Positions 17,859 to 28,760 of a stretch of DNA of 64,000 nt are shown piece after piece (position 1 is the first letter of the stretch; every line of letters starts with the position of its first letter). The stretch is from an uncultured Clostridia bacterium (GTDB lineage Bacteria; Bacillota; Clostridia; Oscillospirales; UBA644), in the NCBI GenBank assembly GCA_947305805.1, contig CAMZEM010000001.1, forward strand, positions 1,172 through 65,171, given 5' to 3'. Made by a program: the position numbers and the translations under genes. The notes beneath the pieces were generated by a model. It made no database searches, was not told where the DNA came from, and saw nothing but the letters and a program-made list of their open reading frames with translations.

Positions 17859-19781
17859 ATGGCTTTGTCAATTTCTCAAAAAATAATCGCCTCGCATCTC
17901 GTTTCGGGCGAAATGATACCCGGAAGTGAGATTTCCGTAAAAATCGATCAGACTCTTACTCAGGACGCAACGGGTACAATGGCGTATCTTCAGCTCGAAG
18001 CAATGGGGATAGACCGCGTTAAAACCGAAAAATCGGTAGCGTATATAGACCACAACACTTTGCAGTCCGGCTTTATGAACGCCGACGACCACAGATATAT
18101 ACAGACCGTCTGCAAAAAACACGGAATTTACTGTTCCAAGCCCGGCAACGGAATCTGTCACCAGGTTCACCTTGAAAGATTCGGTATTCCCGGCAAAACC
18201 CTGCTCGGAAGCGACTCTCACACCCCCACGGGCGGCGGCATAGGCATGCTTGCAATGGGCGCAGGAGGACTTGACGTTGCGGTAGCAATGGGCGGCGGAG
18301 CATTTTATCTTATTATGCCTAAAATCGTAGGCGTTAAGCTCACGGGAAAACTCCCTAAAATGGTTTCCGCAAAGGATATCATTCTCAAAGTGCTGCAGAT
18401 AATGTCCGTAAAAGGCGGCGTAGGCAAAATAATAGAGTATTACGGCGACGGTATAAAAACGCTCTCCGTACCCGAACGTTCAACCATAACGAATATGGGC
18501 ACGGAACTCGGCGCCACAACGTCCGTTTTCCCCTCTGACGAGATAACGAGACAGTTCCTTGCGTCGCAGGGCAGAGAGAACGACTACACCGAGCTTTTGC
18601 CCGACGACGGCTTTATTTACGACGAAAATATCGAAATTGACCTCTCGTCTCTCGTACCGCTTGCGGCGTGTCCGCACAGTCCCGATAATGTTGTGCCCGT
18701 ATCCGAGCTTGCCGGCATGAAAATCGACCAGGTTTGCGCCGGCTCCTGCACAAACTCGTCTTATGCGGATATGCAGAAACTTGCGGCGATTTTAAAGGGC
18801 AACACCGTTGCCGAAAACGTATCAATGACCGTTTCTCCCGGCTCAAAGCAGGTATTTGCAATGATGGCAAGGTCGGGCGCTCTTGCGGATATAATCGAGG
18901 CGGGCGCGCGCGTGCTCGAATGCGCGTGCGGTCCGTGCATAGGCATGGGTCAGTCTCCCAACAGCGCGGGCATTTCGCTCAGAACTTTCAACCGCAATTT
19001 TGAGGGTCGTTCCGGCACGGCGGACGGACAGGTATATCTCGTTTCGCCCGAAACCGCGGCTGCAAGCGCAATTAAAGGCGTTATGTGCGATCCGAGAGAG
19101 CTTGACGTCGAAATAAATATAATAAATCCCGAAAAATACGACATAAACGACAACCTCATCATTCCGCCTGCGGAAAACGGCGACGACGTTGAAGTTGTCC
19201 GCGGTCCGAATATAAAGCCGTTCCCCGTAGGCGACGCGCTTCCCAAATCGATAGAAAAGCCCGCTCTTCTTAAAGTGGGCGACAATATCACAACCGACCA
19301 CATCATGCCCGCAGGCGCAAAAATACTGCCCTACCGCTCAAATATTCCGCATCTTTCAAAATACTGCTTCGAAGCGGTGGACAATGCGTTCCCCAACCGC
19401 GCAAAGGCGGCGGGAGGCGGTTTTATCATCGGCGGCGAGAATTACGGACAGGGCTCTTCGCGCGAACATGCGGCGCTCGTTCCTCTCTGGCTCGGCGTAA
19501 AAGCCGTTATAGCAAAAAGCTTTGCAAGAATACACAAAGACAATCTCATAAATTCCGGCATCATTCCGCTCACGTTTAAAAATCCGCGCGATTACGACCT
19601 TATAGAACAGGGCGACGTGCTCTGTCTTAAACATATTCGCGCCGAGATAGAAAAAGGCGAAAACGTAAATATTTACGATAAGACCAAAAATATGAAAATC
19701 GAGCTTCTTTGCGAAATTTCAGACCGTCAGGCAAGTATTCTTCTTGCGGGCGGCAAGCTGAATTACACAAAAGGCAACTGA
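17859..19781 (+). CDS. aconitate hydratase (640-aa clostridial-type aconitase)
   Basis: Fe-S ligand regions GSDSHT, GSCTNSS and CGPCIGMGQ, plus a C-terminal swivel domain (GENYGQGSSREHAA). Confidence 0.85.
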   Translation: MALSISQKIIASHLVSGEMIPGSEISVKIDQTLTQDATGTMAYLQLEAMGIDRVKTEKSVAYIDHNTLQSGFMNADDHRYIQTVCKKHGIYCSKPGNGICHQVHLERFGIPGKTLLGSDSHTPTGGGIGMLAMGAGGLDVAVAMGGGAFYLIMPKIVGVKLTGKLPKMVSAKDIILKVLQIMSVKGGVGKIIEYYGDGIKTLSVPERSTITNMGTELGATTSVFPSDEITRQFLASQGRENDYTELLPDDGFIYDENIEIDLSSLVPLAACPHSPDNVVPVSELAGMKIDQVCAGSCTNSSYADMQKLAAILKGNTVAENVSMTVSPGSKQVFAMMARSGALADIIEAGARVLECACGPCIGMGQSPNSAGISLRTFNRNFEGRSGTADGQVYLVSPETAAASAIKGVMCDPRELDVEINIINPEKYDINDNLIIPPAENGDDVEVVRGPNIKPFPVGDALPKSIEKPALLKVGDNITTDHIMPAGAKILPYRSNIPHLSKYCFEAVDNAFPNRAKAAGGGFIIGGENYGQGSSREHAALVPLWLGVKAVIAKSFARIHKDNLINSGIIPLTFKNPRDYDLIEQGDVLCLKHIRAEIEKGENVNIYDKTKNMKIELLCEISDRQASILLAGGKLNYTKGN

Positions 19782-19782
19782 T

Positions 19783-20790
19783 ATGGAAATAATAAAAGAA
19801 TCGTATTATTCACATCCCGAAGAGCAGCTTACGGATATCGTTAAGCTGCTTTTTCAGAGATATTTCGGGCCGGAACATATGATAAAAAACCCCGCTTCGT
19901 CGCTTGCGCGGCTTGAAACGGAGCTTGAAAACGTTGATTACGATAAAAATACTCCTCTTTTTGAAGATATAGGCGGCGATTTTGCGAGAATTAACCTTGC
20001 CGCGGTAAAGGGACTGATTTCGAGCGAAACGGTAAACAGAATTTTCGTTATTTCCGCAAACGGCGAAAGAAAACCGAAAGAAGAGTTTGTAAAAACGCTT
20101 GAAACGCTTAAAAACTGCAGCTTTCTTCCGTTTTCAAAAGACGAAATAAACAGATTTATCGCCGAATATATATCGCTCGGCTGCCCCGCCCTTTCTCACA
20201 GCGACGTTTACCGCGAAAAATACGCGCCTCATTACCGCGTAGCGCAAAAAAAATACGCTTACGCGCTCCCTCTTTTTATAGAAATTGAATCCGTCCTGAA
20301 AAACAAAGGCGCCGTCGCCGTGGGCATAGACGGCATGGCGGCATCGGGCAAAACAACGCTTGCAAAAACAGTTGCCGAAATATACGACTGCAACGTTTTT
20401 CACTGCGACGACTATTTTTTGCGACCGGAACAGAAAACTCCCGCCCGCCTTGCCGAAACAGGCGGAAATATCGATTACGAAAGACTGAAAAGCGAGATTA
20501 TCGATAATCTTTTAAGCAATAAGGACTTTGAAATACGGAAATACGACTGCGAAACGGAAACTCTTTCGGATATAATCTCCGTTCCGAAAAAGTCCGCCAC
20601 CGTAATCGAAGGCGTTTATGCTCTTCACCCGTATTTCGGGGACGTTTACGATATAAAAAGAGTGCTTAAAATAAGCAAAGACGAGCAGCTTGCCCGTCTT
20701 GAAAAAAGAAACCCCGCCCTCCTTGACCGCTTTATAACCGACTGGCTGCCGAAGGAAGAGGAGTATTTTGAAATAATAAATAAAAAATAA
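19783..20790 (+). CDS. two-domain protein with C-terminal uridine-kinase-like P-loop NTPase
   Basis: 335 aa. Walker A GIDGMAASGKTTLA, then FHCDDYFLRPEQK. I do not recognise the N-terminal ~170 aa. Confidence 0.5.
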   Translation: MEIIKESYYSHPEEQLTDIVKLLFQRYFGPEHMIKNPASSLARLETELENVDYDKNTPLFEDIGGDFARINLAAVKGLISSETVNRIFVISANGERKPKEEFVKTLETLKNCSFLPFSKDEINRFIAEYISLGCPALSHSDVYREKYAPHYRVAQKKYAYALPLFIEIESVLKNKGAVAVGIDGMAASGKTTLAKTVAEIYDCNVFHCDDYFLRPEQKTPARLAETGGNIDYERLKSEIIDNLLSNKDFEIRKYDCETETLSDIISVPKKSATVIEGVYALHPYFGDVYDIKRVLKISKDEQLARLEKRNPALLDRFITDWLPKEEEYFEIINKK

Positions 20791-20792
20791 AG

Positions 20793-20819
20793 AGGAAGAA
20801 CAAAAGTTCTTCCTTTTTT
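20793..20819 (+). terminator. rho-independent terminator
   Basis: AGGAAGAAC (20793-20801), loop AAAA, GTTCTTCCT (20806-20814), then TTTTT. Confidence 0.75.
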
Positions 20820-20855
20820 ATGATTTTCAATCAATATTATAGATTTTCATAAAAT

Positions 20856-20945
20856 AATTAATGAATTGCAACTTCGTTGCATGAATTGACTTTCAGTCAT
20901 GAATTGCCCTCGGCATGAATTGAATTGCTTCGCAATTCATTAATC
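20856..20945. repeat. ATGAATTG-punctuated mini-hairpin array, copy 1
   Basis: ATGAATTG occurs at 20861, 20881, 20899 and 20915, with the inverted CAATTCAT at 20933. The segments between are hairpins TGCAAC-TTC-GTTGCA, TGACT-TTC-AGTCA, TGCC-CTC-GGCA and GAATTGC-TTC-GCAATTC. The outer inverted repeat is AATTAATGAATTG / CAATTCATTAAT. Confidence 0.8.
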
Positions 20946-20950
20946 ATTTC

Positions 20951-21979
20951 TTAAAACAGCGTGTTGTCCGCCGCTGTCGGGAACGGGATTCCGAGGTGGT
21001 CGTAGGCGGCTTTCGTTACGCAGCGTCCTCTCGGCGTGCGGTTGATAAAGCCGAGCTGCAAAAGAAACGGCTCGTAAACGTCCTCTATCGTTACGGTTTC
21101 CTCTCCGGTGAGAGCCGCAAGCGTTTCAAGACCTACCGGACCGCCGTTAAAGCTCGTTATTATTGCGGAAAGCAGCCGTCTGTCTACCGAGTCGAGCCCG
21201 AGACGGTCGATTTCCATTCTGTCAAGCGATTTTTTCGCAAGATCTTTATCGATAACGCCGTCGCCCAAAACCTGAGCAAAATCGCGTATGCGGCGAAGAA
21301 GTCTGTTTGCAATCCTCGGCGTTCCCCTTGAACGGGACGCAATTTCGTACGCGCCCTCGGGGGTGATTGCAATGTCGAGTATTTTTGCCGAGTTTGTTAT
21401 TATCGTCTGCAGATCTTCGGGCGAGTAAAGCTCTAAGCGAAAAAGCACGCCGAAACGGTCGCGGAACGGAGCGGCAAGCTGGCCGGAACGCGTTGTTGCG
21501 CCTATAAGCGTAAATTTGGGCAAAGTAAATCTTATGGACCGCGCCGAGGGGCCTTTGCCGAGGATTATATCAAACTCATAGTCCTCCATTGCGGGGTAAA
21601 GCACCTCTTCAACAGTTCTTGAAAGGCGGTGTATCTCGTCTATAAACAGTATGTCGCGGGCCTGAAGATTTGTAAGCAGCGCCACAAGGTCGCCCGTTTT
21701 TTCAAGCGCGGGGCCCGATGTAATTCTTATCTGAACGCCCATTTCCGTAGCGATTATGTTTGCAAGCGTTGTTTTGCCGAGCCCCGGAGGACCGTATAAA
21801 AGCACGTGGTCAAGCGAATCGCCGCGGCGTTTTGCCGCTTCGATGTATATTTTTAGGTTTTCCTTTATTTTTTCCTGCCCGATATACCCGTCAAAGTTTT
21901 TGGGACGCAGCGAAAGCTCGGTTTCGTCGTTGCGGATCGTTCTTGCGGATAAAATCCGTTCGTCAAATTCGTTTTCCAT
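20951..21979 (-). CDS. ruvB: Holliday junction branch migration helicase RuvB
   Basis: 342 aa. Walker [10 protein letters not shown], Walker [10 protein letters not shown], and a winged-helix C-terminus. Confidence 0.95.
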   Translation of the reverse strand: MENEFDERILSARTIRNDETELSLRPKNFDGYIGQEKIKENLKIYIEAAKRRGDSLDHVLLYGPPGLGKTTLANIIATEMGVQIRITSGPALEKTGDLVALLTNLQARDILFIDEIHRLSRTVEEVLYPAMEDYEFDIILGKGPSARSIRFTLPKFTLIGATTRSGQLAAPFRDRFGVLFRLELYSPEDLQTIITNSAKILDIAITPEGAYEIASRSRGTPRIANRLLRRIRDFAQVLGDGVIDKDLAKKSLDRMEIDRLGLDSVDRRLLSAIITSFNGGPVGLETLAALTGEETVTIEDVYEPFLLQLGFINRTPRGRCVTKAAYDHLGIPFPTAADNTLF

Positions 21980-21991
21980 CGTTAATTCCTC

Positions 21992-22588
21992 TTACAGATT
22001 TCTCGAAAGCATACGGAGGGCCTGTTTTACAAGATCGTTTGTATTGTCCGCCGAACAGCGCAAAACGGCTTTTGAAGCGTCGTTTTTGCTGTAACCGAGA
22101 GCAACGAGAACGGCAACGGCCTCAGACGCCGCGTCGGTATCTACGCTGAAATCTCCCAGAGACGAGATTTCGGAGGGAACGACCTTTGTTTTTGCTATTT
22201 TGTCTTTAAGTTCAAGACAAATTCTCTGCGCAAGCTTTGCCCCTACTCCCGCCGCTTTCGTTATGCCTTTAACGTCGTTTGAAAGCACGCATGCGGCAAA
22301 CGTTTCGGGGGTATGGACCGACAGAATTGCGAGCGCCGCCTTCGGTCCCACGCCGGAAATGGAAAGCAGCAGTTCAAAAAACTGTTTTTCCTGCTCATCG
22401 GCAAAGCCGTATAAATCGAGAGCGTCCTCTTTTACGTTTAAATAAGTGTATAAGAGCACGGTCTCTTTTTTTGCTATCTGTTTGTAGGTGTTTTCGGAAA
22501 TTGCGCATTTGTATCCAACGCCTCCGCAGTCGATAACCGCGAGATTGGGCTGAAGGATTGCCGGTTTGCCGGAAAGATAGTAATACAT
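21992..22588 (-). CDS. ruvA: Holliday junction DNA-binding protein RuvA
   Basis: 198 aa. MYYYLSGK.. start and HhH motifs (ISGVGPKAAL, GVGAKLAQRI). Confidence 0.9.
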   Translation of the reverse strand: MYYYLSGKPAILQPNLAVIDCGGVGYKCAISENTYKQIAKKETVLLYTYLNVKEDALDLYGFADEQEKQFFELLLSISGVGPKAALAILSVHTPETFAACVLSNDVKGITKAAGVGAKLAQRICLELKDKIAKTKVVPSEISSLGDFSVDTDAASEAVAVLVALGYSKNDASKAVLRCSADNTNDLVKQALRMLSRNL

Positions 22589-22601
22589 TTTTACCTCTCT
22601 T

Positions 22602-23072
22602 TCATCTTATGCAGTGCGCGCAGCAAATAGCCATTGCAAGCGCATCCGCAGCATCGTCGGGTTTAGGTATTTTTTCGAGATTGAGAAGCATTTTTACCAT
22701 TGCCTCAACCTGCTCTTTTTCCGCTCTTCCGTAACCCGTAACCGCCTGTTTTACCTGAAGCGGCGTAAACTCAGAGCAGTGAATCCGTTTTTTTGTGAGA
22801 GCAAGAAGCAAAACGCCTCTCGCCTGGGCAACGTCTATCGCCGTTTTTGAGTTTGTGTTGAAAAACAGCTTTTCCATAGCCGCCGTTTCAACGTGATAGT
22901 AATCAACGAGTCTTGACGTTTCGTCAAAAATCTGCTCTATTCTGTCGCAAAGCGGGGTATGGGCGGGCGTGATTATCGCACCGTAGTCCGAACCGTAAAA
23001 TTTATTGCCGCGCCAGTCTACAACGCCCCAGCCGACAGTTGCAACTCCGGGGTCTATGCCCAAAATTATCAT
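22602..23072 (-). CDS. ruvC: crossover junction endodeoxyribonuclease RuvC
   Basis: 156 aa. MIILGIDPG start and the RNase H-like fold pattern. Completes the ruvCAB order. Confidence 0.9.
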   Translation of the reverse strand: MIILGIDPGVATVGWGVVDWRGNKFYGSDYGAIITPAHTPLCDRIEQIFDETSRLVDYYHVETAAMEKLFFNTNSKTAIDVAQARGVLLLALTKKRIHCSEFTPLQVKQAVTGYGRAEKEQVEAMVKMLLNLEKIPKPDDAADALAMAICCAHCIR

Positions 23073-23518
23073 CTGCCGTCTCCCATCTTTCTTTCAATTT
23101 CGCGCCGAGCGTCTCTTTTTGCAGCCGACTCGCGCTTATCGTAGAGTTTTTTGCCTTTGCAAAGACCGATTTCCACTTTTACTCTTGCGTTTTTGAAATA
23201 GACGGAAAGCGGAATTATAGAATAACCGTCTTTTTTTACTTCGTTAAAAAGTTTGAGTATCTCTTTTTTATGCATTAAAAGCTTGCGCTCGCGAAGAGGG
23301 TCTTTATTGAAAATATTACCCTTTTCGTAAGGCGAAATATGCATACCGTGAATAAAAATCTCTTTTCCGTTTGTCTGGCAGTATGAATCTTTAAGATTTA
23401 CGGCGCCCTGCCGTATGCTCTTTACTTCCGTGCCGGCAAGAGAAATTCCCGCCTCGTATTTTTCTTCAACAAAATAATCGTGATACGCTTTTTTATTCTG
23501 CGCTGCGATTTTCGGCAT
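23069..23518 (-). CDS. smpB: SsrA-binding protein SmpB
   Basis: 149 aa. [27 protein letters not shown] signature. Confidence 0.95.
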   Translation of the reverse strand: MPKIAAQNKKAYHDYFVEEKYEAGISLAGTEVKSIRQGAVNLKDSYCQTNGKEIFIHGMHISPYEKGNIFNKDPLRERKLLMHKKEILKLFNEVKKDGYSIIPLSVYFKNARVKVEIGLCKGKKLYDKRESAAKRDARREIERKMGDGR

Positions 23519-23538
23519 TTTATGCTCCTTTTTTCAGG

Positions 23539-24978
23539 TCAGACTTTCAGTCCCTCGTCCTTCACTATCCTGCCTGCGTCGATATACGGCTTTATGCGCG
23601 GATATACGGTGTTTTCGAGGTATTCCTCCGTCTGTTTTGGCGCTCTTCCCACAAAGCTTTCGGGGGAAAGCAGCGACGTGATCTCGTCTTTTTCAAGTAA
23701 AAACGCTTCGTCTGCGGCAATTCTTTCAAGAAGGTCGTTTTCGCCGCCTTCTTTTACCTTCTTTGCCGCCGCCTGACTGTGAACGCGGATTTTCTCGTGA
23801 AGCTCCTGTCTGTCGCCGCCGTTTTTAACGGCCGCCATCATAATGTTTTCCGTTGCCATAAACGGAAGTTCGTTCATAAGTCTTCTGCGTATCATATTAG
23901 GATATACGACAAGTCCGTTTGATACGTTTATATAAATATTCAGTATTGCGTCTACGCCCAAAAACGCCTCAGATACGGCGATTCGCTTGTTTGCGCTGTC
24001 GTCAAGCGTTCTTTCAAACCACTGCGTACCCGCTGTAAACGCAGGCGACAGAGAGTTTGTGATAACGTATCTTGCAATTGCGCATATTCTCTCGCTTCTC
24101 ATCGGGTTGCGCTTATACGGCATTGCCGAAGAGCCGATCTGATGCTCTTCAAACGGTTCTTCCATTTCCTTAAAATTTGCAAGCAGTCTTAAATCGTTTG
24201 CAAACTTCATTGCGCTTTCCGCTATTCCCGCAAGCGTGGCGCAGATGTTTGCGTCTACTTTGCGGCTGTAAGTCTGCCCCGAAACGGGATACGTTTCTTC
24301 AAATCCCATCTCTTTTGCAATCATTTTTTCGAGTTTCGGCGTTTTTTCGTCCGCATCGTCGCCGAAAAGCTCTTTGAAGGACGCCTGTGTGCCGGTAGTC
24401 CCCTTCTGACCGAGCAGTTTTAAGCCGTTTATGCGGAAATCTGTCTCGTCAAGGTCGAGCATAAGCTCGTTTATCCATAAAGTTGCCCTTTTTCCCACCG
24501 TTGTGGGCTGAGCGGGCTGCAAATGGGTATACGCAAGGCACGGCATATCTTTGTATTTATACGAAAAATCCGACAGCGCCTTGATAACGGTAACGAGTTT
24601 GTCGCGGATAAGCTCAAGGCCCTGCTTCATAACGATAATATCCGTGTTGTCGCCTACGTAACACGACGTTGCGCCGAGATGGATTATCGGCTTTGCTTTG
24701 GGCGCCTGAACGCCGTATGCGTAAACGTGCGCCATAACGTCGTGACGGACTTCTTTTTCGCGGGCGGCCGCCACGTCGAAATTAATATCATCTTTATATT
24801 TTTCAAGCTCCGCTATCTGCTCGTCGGTAATATTCAGCCCAAGCTCTTTTTCCGCGCGCGCAAGCGCGATCCAGAGACGGCGGAACGTTTTGAATTTGTT
24901 TTCCGCCGAAAAAATATACTGCATTTCTTTGCTTGAATAACGTGTGCAGAAAGGACTTTCGTATGAATCGTAGCTCAT
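23539..24978 (-). CDS. purB: adenylosuccinate lyase
   Basis: 479 aa. Fumarate-lyase signature GSSAMPYKRNP. Confidence 0.9.
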   Translation of the reverse strand: MSYDSYESPFCTRYSSKEMQYIFSAENKFKTFRRLWIALARAEKELGLNITDEQIAELEKYKDDINFDVAAAREKEVRHDVMAHVYAYGVQAPKAKPIIHLGATSCYVGDNTDIIVMKQGLELIRDKLVTVIKALSDFSYKYKDMPCLAYTHLQPAQPTTVGKRATLWINELMLDLDETDFRINGLKLLGQKGTTGTQASFKELFGDDADEKTPKLEKMIAKEMGFEETYPVSGQTYSRKVDANICATLAGIAESAMKFANDLRLLANFKEMEEPFEEHQIGSSAMPYKRNPMRSERICAIARYVITNSLSPAFTAGTQWFERTLDDSANKRIAVSEAFLGVDAILNIYINVSNGLVVYPNMIRRRLMNELPFMATENIMMAAVKNGGDRQELHEKIRVHSQAAAKKVKEGGENDLLERIAADEAFLLEKDEITSLLSPESFVGRAPKQTEEYLENTVYPRIKPYIDAGRIVKDEGLKV

Positions 24979-24992
24979 GACGCGCTCCTTAA

Positions 24993-26270
24993 TTAATATT
25001 TTTCGCTTAATTCTTTTTCAACCGCCGCCATACGCACGCATACGCAGAGTATTTCCGCAGCCGTCTGAAGCTCGGCAACGGGGGGATGCGTCGGGGCGAT
25101 GCGGATATTGTTGTCTTTCGGATCAACGCCGTAGGGGAAAGTTGCTCCGGAAGGCGTCATTTTTACGCCTGCTTCCTTCATAAGAGAAACAACCCTTTTT
25201 GCGCAGCCGTCGGGAACGGTCAGCGAAATAAAGTATCCGCCGTTGGGGTTTGACCACGTTGCGATATCCGAAATCTCTTTTTCAAGAATATACAAAACTA
25301 TCGCAAATCTCGGCTTTATTATCTCCGCATGGCGCTGCATCTGCCTGCGCACGCCCTCGGCATCCTTGAAATAACGGACGTGGCGCAGCTGATTAAGCTT
25401 GTCATAGCCGATAGTCTGAACGCCCATGTATTTTTTAATGAAGTCTATGTTATTTTTCGACGCCGCCATTGCCGCAACGCCCGCGCCGGGAAAGGAAACT
25501 TTGGACGTAGACATAAACTTGTATATCATATCGCCGTTTCCGTATTTTTTCGCCTCTTCAAGGACGTTTAAGAGTATGTCGCTTCTGCCGGAAATATCGT
25601 GAAGAGAGTATGCGTTATCCCAGAAAACCCTGAAATCCTTTGCTTTCGGTTTCAGCTTTGCAAAACGGCGGACCGTTTCGTTTGAATACGTTATTCCCGT
25701 AGGATTCGAGTATTTCGGAACGCACCATATACCCTTTATGTTTTCGTCTTCGGCAACGAGTTTTTCAACCGTATCCATATCGGGACCGTCCGCAAGAAGC
25801 GGCACGCTTATCATTTCAATGCCGAGCGTTTCGCAGATTCTGAAATGACGGTCGTAGCCGGGTACGGGGCAGATGAATTTTATGTTTTCGCATCTGCTCC
25901 ACGGTTTTTCGCCGCCGTATACCCCGAATATCATCGCGCGGACGATATTGTCATACATCATATTCAGACTGCTGTTGCCGCCTATGATTATTTCGTCTGT
26001 CGAAGACGTATTCATAAGCTCCGAAAACAGCTTTTTTGCTTCGGGTATGCCGTCAAGAATGCCGTAATTTCGGTAATCTATACCCGTTTCGCCTATGCAG
26101 TCCTCCGCGGTTTTAAGCTCGGAAAGCATCGGGGTTGAAATGTCGAGCTGTTCGCGGCTCGGATTTCCCCTCGACATATCGAGCGAAAGACCGAGCGATT
26201 TATATCTGTTGTATTTCGCTTCAAGGTCGCTTTTGATTTCAAGAAGCTCCTGCCTTGAATGGTTTTGCAT
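24993..26270 (-). CDS. class I/II PLP-dependent aminotransferase (aspartate-aminotransferase-like)
   Basis: 425 aa. Fold-type I pattern (MSRGNPSREQLD, CVPKYSNPTG, STSKVSFPGAG with the Lys). Sits between purB and asnS/asnA. Confidence 0.7.
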   Translation of the reverse strand: MQNHSRQELLEIKSDLEAKYNRYKSLGLSLDMSRGNPSREQLDISTPMLSELKTAEDCIGETGIDYRNYGILDGIPEAKKLFSELMNTSSTDEIIIGGNSSLNMMYDNIVRAMIFGVYGGEKPWSRCENIKFICPVPGYDRHFRICETLGIEMISVPLLADGPDMDTVEKLVAEDENIKGIWCVPKYSNPTGITYSNETVRRFAKLKPKAKDFRVFWDNAYSLHDISGRSDILLNVLEEAKKYGNGDMIYKFMSTSKVSFPGAGVAAMAASKNNIDFIKKYMGVQTIGYDKLNQLRHVRYFKDAEGVRRQMQRHAEIIKPRFAIVLYILEKEISDIATWSNPNGGYFISLTVPDGCAKRVVSLMKEAGVKMTPSGATFPYGVDPKDNNIRIAPTHPPVAELQTAAEILCVCVRMAAVEKELSEKY

Positions 26271-26286
26271 ATTATTTCTCCCGGAA

Positions 26287-27675
26287 TTAATATTCTGCGT
26301 TGCCGGCCGTTCTCGGGAACGGAATAACGTCTCTTATGTTTGACATTCCCGTAAGATACATTATAAGCCGCTCAAAACCGAGACCGAAGCCCGCGTGTTT
26401 TGTTCCGCCGTATTTTCTTAAATCGAGATACCACCAGTAGTCTTTTTCGTCCAGCCCGAGCTCTTTCATTCTTTCTTTAAGGACTTCGAGACGCTCTTCG
26501 CGCTGACTTCCGCCTACGAGTTCGCCGACGCCCGGCACGAGAAGGTCCGCCGCGGCAACGGTTTTTCCGTCGTCATTTAAGCGCATGTAAAACGCCTTTA
26601 TCTCTTTCGGATAGTCCGTAACGAATACGGGCGCTTTGTAAACCTGCTCGGTAAGGAATCTTTCGTGCTCCGTTTGCAGATCGCAGCCCCAGAAAACGGG
26701 GTATTCGAATTTTTCTTTGTTCTGTTCGAGTATTTTTATCGCCTCCGTATACGGCAGACGGACAAAGTCTGCGTCAAGAAGCGCCGTAAGACGTTCTATA
26801 AGCCCTTTGTCGATAAAATCGTTGAAAAATTTCATATCGTCGGGGCATGTTTCAAGAACGTATGCGATAACGTATTTTATCATATCGCGGGAAAGATCCA
26901 TTTCGTCCGAAAGATCCGCAAAAGCGATCTCCGGCTCTATCATCCAGAATTCCGCCGCATGACGCGCCGTATACGATACCTCCGCGCGGAAGGTCGGACC
27001 GAAGGTGTATACCTTTCCGAACGCAAGCGCAAAAGTTTCGGCGTTGAGCTGTCCGGAAACGGTAAGGTTTGCGCTCTTTCCGAAAAAGTCTTTCGAATAA
27101 TCTACTTTGCCGTCCTCTGTTTTGGGCACGTCTTCAAGTTCAAGCGTTGTAACCTTAAACATTTCGCCCGCTCCCTCGCAGTCGCTGCCCGTGATAAGCG
27201 GCGTGTTTACGTAAATAAAGCCCTTTTCGGCAAAGAATTTATGAATTGCCTGAGCCGCCGCGGAACGTACGCGGAAGACAGCCGAGAAAGTGTTCGTTCT
27301 CGGACGCAGATACGCTATATCTCTTAAAAATTCGAGAGAATGGCGCTTTTTCTGCAAAGGATAGTCGGGCGTGGATTCGCCTTCTATTTCGATTTTATCC
27401 GCCTTAATCTCAAACGGCTGCTTCATTTCGGGAGTGGCGACCACTTTGCCCTCAACCCTTACCGATGCGCCTACGTTGAGTTTTGCGATCTGTTTGTAGT
27501 TATCAAGCTTTGCCTCTTCAAAAACTATCTGCGTAGATTTGAAGCAGCTGCCGTCGTTTAATTCTATAAATCCGAACGCTTTTGAGTCGCGCACGGTGCG
27601 GACCCAGCCCGCAACGGAAACGGTTTTTCCGTCAAATGCCGCAATATCGGCAAATATTTCTTTAATGGGTGTCAT
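26287..27675 (-). CDS. asnS: asparagine--tRNA ligase
   Basis: ORF 26287-27684 starts at a GTG. The ATG at 27675 (MTPIKEIF) has AGGTGA 5 nt upstream. OB-fold N-terminus and class IIb motifs (FRAE.., GFGLGFERL). Confidence 0.9.
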   Translation of the reverse strand: MTPIKEIFADIAAFDGKTVSVAGWVRTVRDSKAFGFIELNDGSCFKSTQIVFEEAKLDNYKQIAKLNVGASVRVEGKVVATPEMKQPFEIKADKIEIEGESTPDYPLQKKRHSLEFLRDIAYLRPRTNTFSAVFRVRSAAAQAIHKFFAEKGFIYVNTPLITGSDCEGAGEMFKVTTLELEDVPKTEDGKVDYSKDFFGKSANLTVSGQLNAETFALAFGKVYTFGPTFRAEVSYTARHAAEFWMIEPEIAFADLSDEMDLSRDMIKYVIAYVLETCPDDMKFFNDFIDKGLIERLTALLDADFVRLPYTEAIKILEQNKEKFEYPVFWGCDLQTEHERFLTEQVYKAPVFVTDYPKEIKAFYMRLNDDGKTVAAADLLVPGVGELVGGSQREERLEVLKERMKELGLDEKDYWWYLDLRKYGGTKHAGFGLGFERLIMYLTGMSNIRDVIPFPRTAGNAEY

Positions 27676-27691
27676 TTTTATCACCTGTACC

Positions 27692-28696
27692 TTACAGTAA
27701 TTTCATATTGTTTTTTTCGCACAGCTCACGCATTTCGTCGGGCCACAGAGATACCTGCACCTCGCCTATGTGCGCTTTTTGCAAAAGCAGCATGCAAAGT
27801 CTGCTCTGTCCGATACCGCCGCCGACAGTAAGAGGCATATTTCCGGCAAGCAGTTCGCGGTGGAAGGGAAGATTGCGTCTATCTTCCGCGCCGGCTTTTT
27901 TAAGCTGTTCATCCATGGACTTTTCGTCTACTCTTATACCCATAGACATTATTTCAAGCGACGTATCAAGCGGTTCGAAGCGGTAGATAAGGTCGCCGTT
28001 CAGCTGCCAGTCGTCGTAGTCAGGTGCTCTGCCGTCGTGCGGAATTCCGCTTTTCAGTTTATCGCCTATCTGCATTATAAATACAATCGGATGCGTTTTC
28101 GTTATTTCGTTTTCTCTCTCTTTCGGCGTGAGCGACGGATATAAATCCTCAAGCTCCTGCGACGTAATGAAAAATACGTCTTTGCCGTGCGTAAAGGACG
28201 TCTGCGCCTTTGAGTACGTTTTATTGAGTATCTCCCAGGTATCGTGAATTGCGCAGACTATTTTTGATACGGTTTCTTTCAGAAATTCAACGTTGCGGTC
28301 CTCGCGGTTTATTACAACCTCCCAGTCCCACTGATCAACGTATATCGAATGGAAATTGTCTACCTCTTCGTCCGCCCTGATAGCGTTCATATCGGCGTAA
28401 ATGCCGCGGTGCGGCTCAAAACCGTACTTTTTCAAAGCATATCTCTTCCATTTTGCAAGCGAGTGGACGATCTCTGCGCGGCGCCCTTCAAATTCGAACG
28501 AAACGGGCGTTTCGGTACCGTTTAAATCATCGTTTAAACCGCTGTCTTTATAAACGAAAAGCGGCGCGGAAACTCGTTCGAGATTGAGCAGCTTTGAAAG
28601 CTCTATCTCAAAAACGTCTTTTATTATTTTAACCGCCTTCTGAGTCTGCCTGAGCGTTAAAAATGAGCTGTATTCTTTCGGAATTATAAGTGCCAT
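27692..28696 (-). CDS. asnA: aspartate--ammonia ligase (asparagine synthetase A)
   Basis: 334 aa. Collinear with E. coli AsnA as I remember it ([25 protein letters not shown]). No SD within 12 nt of the ATG; GAGGAG lies about 31 nt upstream before a small GCGG..CCGC hairpin. Confidence 0.9.
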   Translation of the reverse strand: MALIIPKEYSSFLTLRQTQKAVKIIKDVFEIELSKLLNLERVSAPLFVYKDSGLNDDLNGTETPVSFEFEGRRAEIVHSLAKWKRYALKKYGFEPHRGIYADMNAIRADEEVDNFHSIYVDQWDWEVVINREDRNVEFLKETVSKIVCAIHDTWEILNKTYSKAQTSFTHGKDVFFITSQELEDLYPSLTPKERENEITKTHPIVFIMQIGDKLKSGIPHDGRAPDYDDWQLNGDLIYRFEPLDTSLEIMSMGIRVDEKSMDEQLKKAGAEDRRNLPFHRELLAGNMPLTVGGGIGQSRLCMLLLQKAHIGEVQVSLWPDEMRELCEKNNMKLL

Positions 28697-28760
28697 ACGG
28701 TTTTTTGTGCGGTTTTTTATTCCGCTCCTCTTTCCGGAAAAAATTATTATATTACATTAT

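Noticed and set aside
20861-20940. Resemblance of CATGAAT...ATTCA words to ARG-box (ArgR/AhrC) half-sites
   Set aside because: The resemblance is only a 5-6-nt half-site. The spacing does not match the 18-bp ARG box, and no arginine genes are nearby. I treat it as coincidence.
20856-20945. Possible CRISPR array (regularly spaced ATGAATTG repeats), also considered for 33606-33766
   Set aside because: - The repeat unit is only 8-9 bp and the spacers are 8-15 bp and self-complementary.
- There is no leader and no cas genes in the window.
- The architecture is a hairpin array, not a CRISPR.
23519-23538. tmRNA (ssrA) next to smpB
   Set aside because: The flanking intergenic gaps are about 20 nt or the genes overlap. 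There is no room for a ~350-nt tmRNA, and no tRNA-like acceptor sequence was seen in the window.
28697-28760. T-box or other riboswitch upstream of asnA/asnS
   Set aside because: The leader is only about 58 nt. It has no specifier-loop or T-box (AGGGTGGNACC-like) sequence and no terminator/antiterminator alternative that I could find.
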